Source of the DNA: Phoronis australis
Taxonomy: Eukaryota > Animalia > Phoronida
NCBI GenBank assembly: GCA_002633005.1
Contig: NMRA01000065.1
Location: 242,011 to 306,010, forward strand
Length of the DNA: 64,000 nucleotides
Direction of reading: 5' to 3'
Below are positions 37,846 through 52,800 of the stretch, one piece after another (the stretch's first letter is position 1; the number at the start of each line of letters is the position of its first letter). The position numbers and the translations under genes were made by a program. Below the pieces are notes generated by a model. The model was not told where the DNA came from. It saw only the letters and a program-made list of their open reading frames with translations, and made no database searches.

Positions 37846-40800
37846 GTAATTCGCAAATAATTAACCAATGGAATTTTATTTCCATCATCATAAATTAAAT
37901 CATCTAGATGGCGTTGCTGTGGGGACCGACGTGAGCACGCATACTAGGTAGCTGATGAACTTTTACAAAGGACGGGCCTATAATCAGGAAGAGCAGGTGT
38001 ATGTATACATGCAGTCAAAATAACAGAGTTAGACTTTATTGTAAAGACATAATACAGAACACTTCTACCCTGAGACGTTTCCAAATCACGCTACTAATGA
38101 CAAAGATTAATTCACAACATGTACATGCATTTGTTAATCATATTCCAAATTGTATCATTTGACATGGGGCATGTAAATTAAAGGTGTATGCTTCATTTGT
38201 GTGCGCGTGCACGAGTGTGTGCGTGCGTGTGAGTGTGTGTGCATGTACGTGGCGTAGGTGTGTACGTGGCGTGCGCGCCGGTGTGTTTGTACTAAGAGTG
38301 ACAGAGCCAGGCGAGGTTTCCGACGGAGTGACGTCACCCAGGCCAGTACGAAACTGGCCACCCTCCTTCCGCGTCCTCGAAAAAACGGCCCACGAAGCGG
38401 GGAAGACGGAGTTTGTGTAAACGATGCATTTTACATGGGCAACATGTGGGATGTAAAATGGTGTGAAGAAATGCATACTTTTAATTGTCAAACTTTGCAG
38501 TCACCTAAAAGAAGAGACGCGGGGTCTGTTTTCTATTCCTTATTTCAAGTTGTGTAGAAAAAACAATTTTATTTCAGACGAAACAAGACTATTCATTTGC
38601 ACATTTGAGAGCGGAAGTTTGTGTAACATGACTCAGGATAGTGACGATGACGCAGACTGGGATGTCAACCAATCGGGAACAAGTAATGACTCTGCCAAAC
38701 CAGCCATCGATCACACCACGGGGTCCATTACAGGTACTTACTAAGTGGGAGTGCCATTGTTCTTTTGCTTTTGATCGTGGTCAACTAATAACACGTACAT
38801 GTAAGCTGTTGGTGAATTGTTACCGACGCTATACTTTACAGTAAAGCGGCAAACGTGGATATGAAATATACTGCGGCAACGGGAGAATATAAAATCTGAA
38901 AATGTTAAGTCGGGTGACAATCTGCCCTCAATTTATCAAAGAAATTTAATATAAAATACGTACACATACAATAGGTAAAGGAACAGAGGAACAAATATGT
39001 CAACTAAAAGCGACAAGAACCCATCAGCCATTTGGAGATTTATGTCAACTTGCTAATTAAGCTACATTAATGTACGTTCTTTTCTCAGAAAATCTCAGTG
39101 TATGTCATTTCAATGGCAATTGTTCATTTAATATAGCAATTGTTCATATAATTGGCCCTCTGGAAATAAGAACGAGTAACATGCATTTACAGCTACAGCT
39201 ACACGAAAATGCTTCAAGAACAAGATCACGTTTCAAAGTGTTTGTATTTGTTTTTGGGACCAGGCTTCTGACAGATATTTGACCATTACTTCGAATCTGA
39301 AGTCTTCAAGAATTTTGCAATAAGATATGGAATAGTAGACGTATCAATCTCACCTGCTTCACAGACTTTTGTTATTCTGTGTCAGACAATTTCTTTCTTT
39401 TCAGTCGTAAAGTTCGTCTTAGTAACCCTGTGCTAATTTACATTCAACTAAACACCCTTCTATAGCGCTGTGTGTATTTTATCTATCTATATAAACGGAC
39501 TTTTCTATAGCTAGTAAAATGACGTTAACTGTCATAATATCTTAATAAATATTCAAGAAAAATGAGTCATTTCTGTTAATACCAATATACAGAGGCATGG
39601 GATTTAAAAGGAAACCTTCATTTTAAATAACACAATAATAAATAAATAAATAAAGAAAGAAAGCTCGGTTTTGGCCTATTGCGAGATACAAAAGAACGAC
39701 TTTCCCGTCCACCTCTTTGAAACGAAATAATGCTCTGTAACCCTCAAAAGTTTGGAGGAAAATTTGAAAACTCCTTTCAAAGTCTGCCAAACGGGCAAGC
39801 GTGACCTACGCTTTGAGCGAATTATGTGAAAACTGTGGAAACGGTCACCCTACAAGGACCATAATGTTCACTTTGCGAAATAGAGGGCAGGAATTTTTTG
39901 TTGATTCCTGCTTTTATCTTTTAATATTGACGTCAATTATGCATTAGCGGGTGACAGAACGAGGATTGGTTGAAATCATCAAAACAAGGTTTAATATCAT
40001 TTTAATTATACAAACTCCAGTTTTTGCATGCTTAGGTTCACTGAGGTTGTTGTATCTTACACTTTAGGCAAGAGCAAGCAGGTTCTCGTGGGACACTTTC
40101 ATGCAAATCACGTGAATCAAGTTTCACTCACTACTAACTACGGTCACGTTACTGAACGCACACTTTGGCTGCGTTCTGTAGACGCAAGAACCTCACGAAA
40201 GCCCAAGCTCACGATACATAGCATGCTCACCCACCCCATTTGGCGAAGTGGGCAAAAAGGTCCGCCTCAGAGAAACAAAAAGTGCAAGAAAACGAGACAA
40301 AAGTCCACAAGAATTCGGCAAGAATGTACAATTCATAGGTTTGAACGTAGTAAAAGGTACACATACTGAAAAAATCGAACCCCCTATATTTTAGGATGGG
40401 TGTGCGCATGGCTATTCTTCACGACATATCGCCATGCATGGTAAGCGAAGTGCGTATTCACATTAGCTTAAATCGCGAGTTTCTTGGGTTAACAGAACAC
40501 ATTCTGTCTGTTTAGGGAGCTACGTGAGCACCAGAAGTGTCAGCAACTTCCTTGGGAAGTCAAGCGTTTTGACCTTACCTTTACTCAGACACTCAGACAG
40601 CGACAAATGCCTAACGTTATACTACAACATGGATGTAAACCAAGCCGGACGGTTATCTGTTCAAATAAAGAATGAAACGCGGACTATGGAGCTCTGGACT
40701 AGACAAGGCAAGTGAAAATTTTCTGATTCTGCAGTGCCAAGTGCTGTTTTGTGTTTTGGTTTTTACTCGAGGGTTTTACATTGCATTTTATATCAATGTA

Positions 40801-43800
40801 TAGACTGTCACTTCCATTGTTAGTATTTGCACCCACAGTCACGGACAAAAGACCACGATTTTTAAATAGGCTCTTTCACCAGCGTTTCAGTGACTAAGAA
40901 CGCCTTTAATAATTCTACATACCGATACTAAAGCGGCCATTCCAATATTCTTTAAACACAAAGTCGCATAATTAAATGAACAAATTTTATCATAGAATTG
41001 TGAATTTCTCCCAACACCCCAGCAATACGGAACTGCACTAAAGGTTAAATTATGGCACTTATTTACAGTTATTAAGTGGCCATGAATAAAAAAGCCTCTT
41101 AATCTTGGACGTTTCAGCTGATTTGTCTGACTAGTTGTCACTTTCCCACTTTATAAACCTTGAAATTTTACAGGAACTGGTGTAATCGTCGCCAGTAACA
41201 AGAAGCTGTGCGTGTTCCCGTTCACTTATAGGGGGCGCTCATTTACATCTTGCATTAAAAAAAGAACGGGACAGGGTAGAGTCTGTGCAACAAACGCCAC
41301 CTTTAGTGAAGATGATAGTGGAGACTGCCCAGGTAAATATAAGTAACGTTTTGCATCTGCAAATCGATGGTGTCTAATATCAGTTTTGTTTTGATGACGA
41401 TGACTCAGCCTAGTCACACTATAGAAGCTATACTTTTGATCAACAGGTTTCGGGAAGATAAATGCACGGTGCAGCGTCCGCTAATGACGTATTTACGGAG
41501 TTCCAGGGGCATGTTAACCCTCAATAGAAAGCGTTATTTCTGTCATTCTTGTGTGTATACCCGTCAATAACGTCACAGTTCTCCCGTGACTGGATTTCAA
41601 AACGTGCTGGACGCTTCGTGACTGTTCTAGCAACACTAGTGAGTGACTGCTGTGCGTGAGTTTGGAATGTTGCTTAATCTCAGTATCGCGTATGAGTGAA
41701 GATGGAATACACGTAGCAACTTGAAAAGTTCAATCAAATAATCACGTTTACGTTGACAAAAATTTGCACTGCACTTTATCAATGCCAATAAAATAAAATA
41801 ATTTTTAACCAATCTTTTTTCAACTATTGGAGATCTCATTCATCAAAAAATACTTGACTTAACCATTCACATAAACCTCCGACTTTTGGCACAAATTACG
41901 ATAAAGGAGAAAATGGATGATCATGAGGTCAATGATTACAAAAATTCTTTACAACTGAACAAAAATTTCACCTGATTGCCCAAATGAATATTCAATTCCA
42001 AGTTCACGCATGCACGATCTTGAGATTGAGCAGGATTTTAAGTTCACGCACATCAACTCCACTTAAAGGTTAAGAACGGTCAGTTATCGCAACGGAGTAG
42101 AGGGGGAACTACATGTATAAGGCACGTAACCGTCCGTTCACAGACACGCGGGTACAGGTAGAAAAGATGTGGCTTAAATTTTCCGAATCAAAACTTTTGG
42201 TAGTTGCGATTCAGTAAAATTGATCGTTTTCCAATGTTTAATCGACAGCCATTTTCGACACTATTTTCTTTGATAGATGTACAACAAATTCGTCATTATT
42301 TGGACACGACTTTTCGAATTGCGAACACGCTGAGTGTCTCTATTGACTAGGATAGTTGAAAGGGAATACTCTATACACGGGAGTCAAAGTCGAGGAGCAA
42401 CTATAGGGACCTTTAAGTAAGGGTTTCTGTGAGGAATGTTTAAGAGGAGTTACGTAACAACAGCTATCTGTACTCTGGAGGACTGTGAATCATGACACGT
42501 GGAAACAACAGACAGTTATACTTGTAGTATCCATTCGTTGAGAGGAGGCAGCGTGGCTTAGTGGGATACGTGTCCGCTTCTTTGTTTAAGGTCGTGGGTT
42601 CGAGTCCCATTGGTTCACACTTCTAGACCCTTATGTCAGGTTTGTAAGGTCTGTAGCTCCTCAGTTGGGCTTTGATCATTAAAGTATTAAAGTGGATCTA
42701 GGTGGGCCCACATTATCAGCCTGGGCACGTCTTGTGTAACGTGTACCAGACCGCCTAAAATTGTTTGCTATACATGTACGTTTCGTAGCAAATGTGAACT
42801 ATGACGACAGGGACTTTCCTCCATGAAACTGGGAAGCTTTGTTTAATCCTGCAAAGAACCGCGAAAGGATTCTCCGTCTGTGTCCTCTCTTACGTATTAC
42901 AATAGCTCATGTCCTGATTCTTGCACCGTCAAATGTAACTTGCTGTTAATAGGTAAGACACTGACTGGGTGGACTCGAGTCGACATTAAGCTGCCACCTG
43001 GTGATTATCAAACTCAGATAAAAGGTACAACTCCAGAAACTTTCTCCACCGCGTACACGGCTGTCTCTATTGATGACGTCATCGTTTCCTTGGGGTCATG
43101 TGGAGTTGGCAAAGTTGGATCTATGGCTGGAACCACACAAAGAGGCCCATTGGCAGGATCAGTCAACGGACTAGTGGTACCCGTGGTTAAATGCGACTTC
43201 GAAACTTCATTGTGTAGCTTGCGACAAGACGGAAATGATGACTTTGACTGGACGCGACAGAAGGGCGAAACATCAAGCCCCGACACGGGACCAACAACCG
43301 ACCACACACTCGGCTCCGCAAATGGTAAGACTGTGAGTGTGGCTTTACACACTATTACTTCTGCTTAAGCGAGAACGCACCCGATTTTGATGCTGCCTTT
43401 AGTAAGAATACAGATTCCCGGTTATCTTGGTGAAGCATTCTTTCAAGTTGATTGGTCTTCCCTGTCACGTGTTTACTATTCTTGGAGCAGTAGTCTGTCT
43501 ACTACTGGCTCAGTGAACGTGAATGTAGAACCAAGGCGCGGGCCTTTAGTTGAACCGTTTACGCCACTTTCTAGTTGCTTGACTGATTACGTCAAGGGAA
43601 TAGTAAAGGGAAATGTCTGTCCAAAATGAAAAAAAGATCTTTATTTATACTAAAGGTGTATTCCAAAGCAGTTGTTTTCCCCTTGTACTAGATTTAGGGC
43701 TAACTCCAGTGAAACGTCTGTCGGTTTGGATAACGTCGATTATGTTAATAACTGCATCTTTCCATTCATTAGGATACTACGTTTACATCGAAACTTCGCT

Positions 43801-46800
43801 TCCACGACAAAGGGGTGACAGAGCCCGTTTGTTGACACCGAAATTGGAGTTGTCCAGTAATGGCGGGTGCTTGTCATTTTTTTACCACATATTTGGGAAA
43901 ACAACGGGCGAATTCAACGTGTATTACCGATACAGTGGATTTGATAGTCTATTGTACACAGTGAAAGGTAAGTCAATTAATTAATCCTGCTAAGTGTTTT
44001 GTGTCACTTAGGGTAAAACTAACCACACGTTTGTTTCTGTACTCTTCCGAAATTCGTACACCGCCAGCAGCACGTCAGTAGGCCTATATGGACTTTAATG
44101 TGGCTTGATCGTGTCACTGCACTGTAAGACCAATTCACTATTGCAAAAGAAAGTCCTTTCCGACCTCAAATTGCATTTTTTATAATTGCTAAGTTTTGTC
44201 TTCTATTAGAGATACTGGTGAATTTAAGTTTGTAGAAATAGCAATGTTTTTTTATAACAAATGTTTCATGTTTGAAATTTTTGAAAACATTCAAGCTAAC
44301 TTTTAAAATGATTTACTTCGACGTCTGAATGTTTTAATCGTAATTGAAGGCCCATCTGACGATATTTGGAGAAAGGCAACCTTATCGTTGCCGCGTGGAC
44401 GTTACGAGCTAGTCTTTGAAGGAGTTGTCAACAACGTCTATGGAGACATCGCGCTGGATGACTTACATGTGCTGCCGACGTCTTGTTCTGGTACTTGTCC
44501 CACTTAAATTACATAGAAGCTGAAAACTGCAATTTAAGGCTTGCACATGCTGGATAAGCAACTGTGCTTTAAAGTGACCAAGACTGAGTGCATGTTTACT
44601 TACGTACGTTACTGTTATCATGGCACATGAACGTACCATATACATGGGGTTCGTTCCGCAGTAGCAATAATTTTTCGTATAAGTTCACGTGCTTCACTTG
44701 TATTGCGTGTCGATATCTCGCGAAATCTATTGTGATCTTGTGTTTCCGCAAGGTTCTTACTTTCATGGAAGGCAGCTTCTAATGAAACCAACATTCAAAT
44801 TGTACATTGTACCGTGAACGTGAGAATATATTGTCTTTGACAAAGTACTTTGTCATCTCAAGTTTGACGCCAAACATAATTCTCTTGCACTACCAGTTAC
44901 ATATGGTGTAGTTCTTTGATTAACGGAAGAAGCACATTGAAACAATTCCTCAGGACGGAAATGGAAAACGACTTCTTTATTTCCAAGGTAGTCCAGTGAC
45001 TGAAGTCGCCACCTCACTCTACGGTTGTTCTTTCGAAGGAGGAACTTTATGTAATATCACACAGGAACAATCCGATGACTCCGATTGGGATTTGAATGTG
45101 GCTACTTCCGATTTGTCAACCGCCAGACCACCGAGAGATCACACTAGAAAACTCACCACGGGTAAAATTTTGCAGTGTTATAAATTTCATAGAATAATTG
45201 TTTGACTTTCATTTGCCCTTTGTCATGTTTGCTTTTAAACTTACGTTTGGTAAACAATGGCAGTGAATAGTTTTTTCCGGCAGTATCATGTCCATGTTCA
45301 TGTCATTTTGTTCATGACCTGATCTTCAAAATATCGAAGGTGACATTGAACCGTTTTTTCTATACAAAAAATTTGATTTAAGCGGTTATAAAATTGAGCC
45401 TATCATGTTCCTGGCTCAGTTTATAAGTGACGTCTGACCGCGGGAACAACTGACTATACACTATTCATTGGCATCAAGCTCACAAAACCTCAGGACACGC
45501 TGTGACCTGAAATTTTATTGACCCTGGTCTCAAGCCATAACGAACTATCACTCCATTTTAAGCCCCAAAATCACCTCAGATTTGACTAAGCAACAACTTG
45601 AGGCCAATTGCAGTCTTTCTCAGAACTTTTTGTCGAAAAGCACAGTTTTAATCCCGTTTGAACTGGTGTGAGCTTTTCAGGTCAAAGTTCATGACACAAT
45701 TATAATAATTGTGCATTTAAATCCGCAAACTGTTTTTCGTGTATACATGTACATGCATCCAATTTCGCCTCCATCCTCCCAAACAAAATTTCGTTCTTTA
45801 CAAGGAAAGTTGCAAAACCAAGTCTTCAGATAACTTTGCGTTGTATGGTAACACAACAGGAAAACACTACATTTTCAGTGTTCGACTATAATTCTGTCAA
45901 GTTAACGTGCGTCCTGCATGAGCGGATAAGACTGGCAGCAATCGGCAATAAATGAAGTTGACAAGTCATTTTTATAGAATAAATAGTACGCATTCATCTT
46001 GCCTGGAAAAATAATGGTTTTCCCCTCTCCCCTAAAGACAACCTAGGACCGCCGATGTCTTGCAATGCACCTTGCATATTTCATGCACGCACCCGCGGGG
46101 GCTCGGGGGGGGGCTCGAACGAGCTCCTCCATTTGGCGAAGTGGGCAAAAAGGTCGGCTCCTCAGAGACAAAAAGTCCGTGAAAATGGGACAAAAGTCCT
46201 CTAAATAAGCGCAAACGCGCACTTCACGGTGGTGCTCCTGTTTTTTTTCTTTTTGTCCGCCCGCTCTTTTATTAGCAAAATGTCCACAACGTCAGGAATT
46301 CGAGCCCCCCCCCCATATTGAAGGCTGGGTGCGCGCATGTATTTACGACAAAGCAAACCGCTCTTTTCACGTGACATTCATACCAAAATCCCATTGACTG
46401 CAGGCTCATATCTCAGCACAAGGTCTATCGCCAACTTCCTGGGAAGAGACAGTGTTCTGATTCTTCCGCTGCTTGCCCGCACCGACAGTACTAGATGTCT
46501 AAGACTGTACTATAATATGGATAAAGATCAAAGTGGAACGCTGACTGTGGCAAAGACAGGATCAACGAGGCTTGAGATGTTATGGAGTACGAGTGGTATG
46601 TTCGCACTTCAAAATGAATGAAGTAATCAACAAAAGACTTATTGCTTTAAAGCGTCCAGTTCTACGTAAGGTCTTGAGCTTGAGCCCTGATTCAAGCCAT
46701 GTTCCATCCCTTGTCTTTCGGCAATTTGTCAGAGTGGAGAGGTACTACCACCACGGGATAAATTCAGATTTCAGTTGTGGGCACCAGTGGGTCCTTTTAG

Positions 46801-49800
46801 ATTGGGCTGTAGTTTCAAATAAAACTTTCGAACAGTTCAGAAACACATGATTGTGCGCAAATGCGATTGTGAATGAGTTTTTGCGTTTAAGGTAACTACT
46901 TTACTATTTATGAATACAGCATGCAGTTATTTATTTTAAGAAAGCTGTTTCAAACTTTTGAATATTGCATGTAAAACATTTCAATTTACTTGAGTCATTT
47001 GCTTTATGTACGAGTTGTGCACCGCTGTAACAGGAGTCTAAGTGGTCATAGTGACGGTGTCCCAAATGTATTTCATACGAGTTCGTTTTTCAGGGAATGA
47101 CTTAAGTTCCATTGAAATTACATGCAGACCCTGCAATAGGTTTTAGTACGACACTGGCTCATTAATAGTGTACATGCATGAAAATACAAGTGCTTTTCTT
47201 GTAATGAAACAATTCCACACGAAGCCGTCATATGCAAACGTTTCTAAATTTACAGTTACTGGATTCGGGTAGATCATGCTGAAGAGGAAATGAACTGACA
47301 TGTTTAATCTACTCGAAGGAAAATAATGCCGCTTTGAGATGAGGAATTTTATAAGAAAGCAGATACGACGTCTCATCAGAAGGCAGATCACGTGCTTTAA
47401 AGTTTACAGAGGCGTCCTGCTTATGAATGAAGCGCCAAAGGGCTCTTAAACGAGTAAATTTCTGCGCGTTGAAATGTGCATAATCAACGCTTAGTTTTCT
47501 TTAATCAACGCGTAGTTTTCCTTAATCAAGACGTACTTTTAGTTCTTTTACGATCATTGTTCTGATCTTACTCAACGCGCACGTTTCTCAATCAACGCGC
47601 ACTTTTGCTCAATCAACGCGCACTTTTGCTCAATCAACGCGTAGTTTTACTTAATCAACGGATAGTTTTTCTTATTCAACGCGTTCTTTTAGTTCTCAAA
47701 CGATCGTTGTTCTGATACTATTCAACCCACACCTTTGTTAATCTACATGTATGCGTACATGTAGTTTTACTCAATCAACGCACTGGATTAGTTATTCGTT
47801 AAGACCAATCAAAGACAAGTTTACATTCAGTACGCAACGGCGCCATCATTTACGTGGTTACATGATAAAAATCTGCAACATTCTTCAAAAGTTGTCTTGC
47901 ACCCAGAAAGTCTTCCGCCATTTTGAGAATTGACAGCACGGGCGTGATTGGGCCATACATGTATGACCTGACTAACAGTACGCGTTGAATAAGCAAAACT
48001 ACGCGTTGATTAACTAAAATACGCGCTGATTAAGCAAACGTGTGCGTTGAGTAAGAGCATAACGACGATCGTTTAAGAACTAAAACTACGCGTTGATTAA
48101 TCACATTACAACGCGCAAAAAGGTATTCGTTTAAGAGTCCTTTGACGTTTTGTATGTATGTCTGCCATTTTGCGAGTTCAATTTACATGCCACCTGTTAA
48201 TAGTCTGACCAATTGCGTGCGATTCACCATTACCGACGAACAGGGCCTCAGGAAACCACGTCATTGGATTGTAGTCTTCCCACGGAAAGAAGCTAGGGTG
48301 AAGCTTCGTAACGCTGCATGACACTCGGGAGCAACTTGGGTCGAGAAATCTTTATTGGTACCAAAACAGTAATATCCGCATTACTAAACATTACAGCCTT
48401 TCCGACCAGTCATTTCAGCGTTTTGGCTTTTACACAAAAACCGACATCGTTTATGTTGCTTTTAACGTTTTATTTGGATACCAGATATTTTTTCTATGGA
48501 ATAAAAAAGGGTCCCTGACTTTTTAGCTTAAAGAGCTCCATTTAAGGAAATCGCTAGTTCACTAGAAGACGATTATTTCATGTTGTTGGGGGTGTTAAGC
48601 AACTAACGTTTACGTGAATAAACTTTAATAAATTCAAGTTTGCTGTTTAATACAAATTAAGACGCACAATGTCTACACTAGTATTTATGCATTGTTTCCA
48701 TGTTCAGTATGACGATATTGTGAAATTAGATTTGCGCCCTATGGTTCAAACCTTTATTAACAAACCTTCAACTCAACGAGTAATATAATAATCCGTTCTT
48801 CGACATCAAAAATGGTATTTAATTGTTTCCTAAGTTATCCAGTGTCGTAAAACTACGATTACATTGTTGCTTATTGGTAAACTGCGTCGAAACTCCTCAA
48901 AAGAGATATCGCGAACTATTTTCATTTTGATTGGATCTTCTACAATAAACTGAAACATTGTGCACACATTTTATTCAAAAGAGAATTTTTATTTTGGGTT
49001 GAAAAGCATGTTGCACTCATTGAATGAAGCAAATGTCCGCGTGTTGAGTATCAATTCTCAGATACTTTTAGGTCTGATTTCAAATCTATGCGGATCTTCA
49101 CACACGTGCACAGATGATTCTGTGACATTGGAAGAGATACGATTAACAGACAGGATTGTACAATCCGAAGCATGAGAAAGTTTTTTTTCTTACAGGCTCC
49201 GGGATTATTACAGCCACCAACGGAGAATCGTGTGTGTTCCCGTTCGACTATGAAGGAAACTCTTACATCACGTGTGTCAAACGAAGCTTCGGTGAAACGT
49301 CATGGTGTTCAACGGAGTCCACGGCTTCAATTTTGACACAGGCAACCTGTCCCGGTAAAGCTACCAGGATATACATGCATAGAAAAGTGTTGCTTTAGTT
49401 TTTCACTCTGTTACTGGTACTTGTCATATTTGACGTTTGAAGTAAATCACTTTCCACCGTCAGTCAAGCATGTCCATTTCATTAAGTTTAAAAGGTGTTG
49501 ACTGCCTTTCGTTCCCTGGAGAAGGGTTTTTCCAAACAACGGCTAGGCAGTGCTTCCACACGGTTAAAGTCCAGACCAATGCTATAGCTTTGTAACTGAG
49601 AGCGTATCCAATTCAATACCGGAAAACGACAACTCCTAACAGAGACATTTCATTTTCGACCCTCTCTCGGTTGCGACTTCCTTTGTTTTGCAACATAGAC
49701 CAGAATACAAAGGTGCGACGATACCCACCCAAATGATACTTGAGGGCAAAATACACTCTAGCGACCATACCAAAGAGGGCAAATCACCATGCAGCACATC

Positions 49801-52800
49801 CCTACCAATCTCAATCAATGTAAGAGTCTCCAAGTCCGTCTAGAGTAAACAGTGTATTCAAAGAACAATGCCACTTCAAGAAACACGTATTTAATATACG
49901 GTTGTTCAGCATTATAATTAAACATGATTACACCTGATTTTTATTTAATTTCAGGTCGGTCGCTAACAGGATGGACTCCAGCTGATATAGATCTGCCACC
50001 TGGCGACTTCAACGTTGTTATAATAGGAACAACTCCCTATCAGTTTTACACTCAATTCACACAAATATCAATAGACGACGTCACTGTAACTCTTGGATCA
50101 TGCAGTAAAAGACCACCTACGATACCTCCGACAAAGTACACAGTCCGACCAACGACAACGTTAACGACAGAAGCATTCACCAAAACACCTACAACAATTG
50201 CTACGTCACTAAGTACGTCATCACATGTTACAACAGATCTTAAAATAACTCAAGAACAGCCGAAAAGTTTTACTGGTCGCACCTGGCATACACCTCATCA
50301 ATCGACTTGGACGACATCCGCAGCACCGTTCATCTCGCCAGACATGCATACTCAGACAACAGCTTTAAATCAGTTTTCTAGTCCCAGAATACAAACTGCC
50401 ACAAGAGTGGGTCTTGGGACTTCACCAACGCCGTCTATGACGTCATCACACACGAGCACAAACCAGAGCACAAAGTCAGTAACCTCAAGGTTCAACACAT
50501 CACTATCGCACACCAGCAACATTCCATCGTCTCAACTGCCAGTTTCAACTTCTACCACGTCACAAAATTCAACCTTAAGTCAAGCCCTGACTCAGCACAC
50601 AACCTCTACCGAATCCACTCCCGAACCTACCTTGCCTGTCCTGACAACCTCCCTTCACAATCATTCGTCCACCGTTGTACGTGAACATCCCACAAGCTCA
50701 AAACCGCTGTCAAGTACATCTCCGTCGAAAATGACTAATACGACATATTCATTCTCACTAACGCAGCTTACACCTGTTCAGACCGAAGACGTGATTACAA
50801 AATATCCAGTTATGTCTAATTCCTCAGGCGCACATTCATACATCAATACAACACAGACTACTAACAGCAAACAAGTGATCACGTCTCTTGCCGCAATTTT
50901 CAGCACATTCTCTCGTCATTCAACTCCATTGAAGCCCCATGAAACGAGCAAGGTGTTTTCAAGGGAGCATAAAACATCCACGACAGCTACCACACCAGCA
51001 AAACAGAACCAACGTTACACAGCGGGTTCTTTCACAATTAAAGTAAAAGACACTGCAACGCCAGCATTCACAACTGAGAAAACGGCGTCTTTTGAGAACA
51101 CAACGCCAGCTGGACGAACGATTTCTACTCTAAATGTAACATCAAACTCAGAAAGTTCAATTCGAAACCTAGAGATGACAGAATCACATACACTTACAAT
51201 TCCTGCGCTAAACAGTAAATTGCCCCTTACTTCGACAACAAACACCATTACTTCACCAGTTACGTTCATAACTATGCCTGAGGGAACCAGCACAGCAACA
51301 CACACTGACCACTACACCAGTCAAGCGTCAGATACTGTCACCCAGTTACGTGGTTCCGCCACTCCGTTCACTAAACAGTACGGGTATAGCAACAATACGA
51401 TGACACCTTCGAAAACTGACAGGTTTCAAACTGTTACGCCACAATTACAAACATCCGACAACACCTTCCCTGTTTCAAATATGTTTAAGCTTTTGACTTC
51501 TCAGTTCAGCGAGACTTCCTCTATGCCACCCACCAGTGCCACGTCTTCCCCAAAGCTTTTCTTCACCACTCAAGCACTGTCATTGTTCAATGAAAGCACA
51601 ACTGAGGCCCACTTAATAAAGTCGAGTCTAGCTGTGACGTCATCGACGGCGCGTGAAAGTCCACCTCGTGCTTTTAACTCATCGGAAAGTGCGTCAAAGT
51701 CGCAACACGTGACAGCTGTCCTCGAAACCAAAACTTCAAAACACGGTGCTACTTCGACAATAACCGAGTTTGTTCGCTCTTCAAGCATTTCTGCCACTTC
51801 GTCTTCGATGACGTCACAGATGGCTACAGTGGAGACTGAAAGTCACCCTGGGTTAACAATCGGAGGAATAACAAACCATGCGTCAACACTTGATGATTAC
51901 CTTACAACTTTTGTCGTAGATCAAACCACCACAACAAAAGATCTAACACCGTGGATAACCGAATATCAATTCTGCGATTTTCAAAAGTCATTTTGCTATT
52001 TCGAGCAAGACAAAAACGATGAATTTGATTGGACAAGAAAGAAGGGGTCAACTCCAAGCTCCACAACCGGCCCTTCGGTGGATCACACAACTCAAAGTAG
52101 TTCAGGTAACGCAAACATTATTAATATTTAAAAGAATGGTAGTGGTGTTACTGCAAATTTCATATGTGCAATGCACAAAATGTATTAGGCGTTGTTCATG
52201 TCAATGAATCTGATATGGGAACGTTGGTATAATACTTAGGACAAACTATTAGCTTTGCGATTTTTGCAATTGTCATAAACAACGTTTGTGAAATCTGTGG
52301 ATGTGCGAACATGAAGTATTTTAGATGACTAATCAGTTCACATGATAAACTCATTATGTCCATTTTAACCCGTTATATCCACTCTTGCCCCTCGTGTCCA
52401 TTTCTGACCCATTATGTCCATTTTTGATTCTGGGGCTCATATTCGCCCTTCGTTAAGTCGGCTTTCGTCCATTAGCTCATTGATCAAAATCATTTATACT
52501 TCACAAAGTTCGATTTTAAAGACCATCAATTCCGGATTGATGAATGACTAACTGATCAAAATGGTAGAATTAATGGCCATTTTAATCGATTACAATCAAA
52601 GAAAATCAAAGATTTTCAACTGGTCTACGGCACTTACTAAAACCCTTTTAATGGTGTTAGTAAGTACCGTAGGACCTACCAAGAAGGAAGACTCTCCCAA
52701 GGGCTTAAAAATAGATAGGCCCACTTCCTTCTTGGAAAATGGTAGAATGATTACAATGGCGGGGCACGGTGTGCTCTCTCGAGACAAGATGGATAATACT

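Noticed and set aside
42545-42615. tRNA gene
   Set aside because: A and B boxes are present but the anticodon and acceptor stems do not pair, and the sequence continues into an unrelated body, so it is called a SINE head.
47480-47700. ~21-bp tandem repeats that could suggest a CRISPR array
   Set aside because: No unique spacers. The repeats are mirrored in the opposite arm of a foldback element, the context is eukaryotic, and no cas genes are present.
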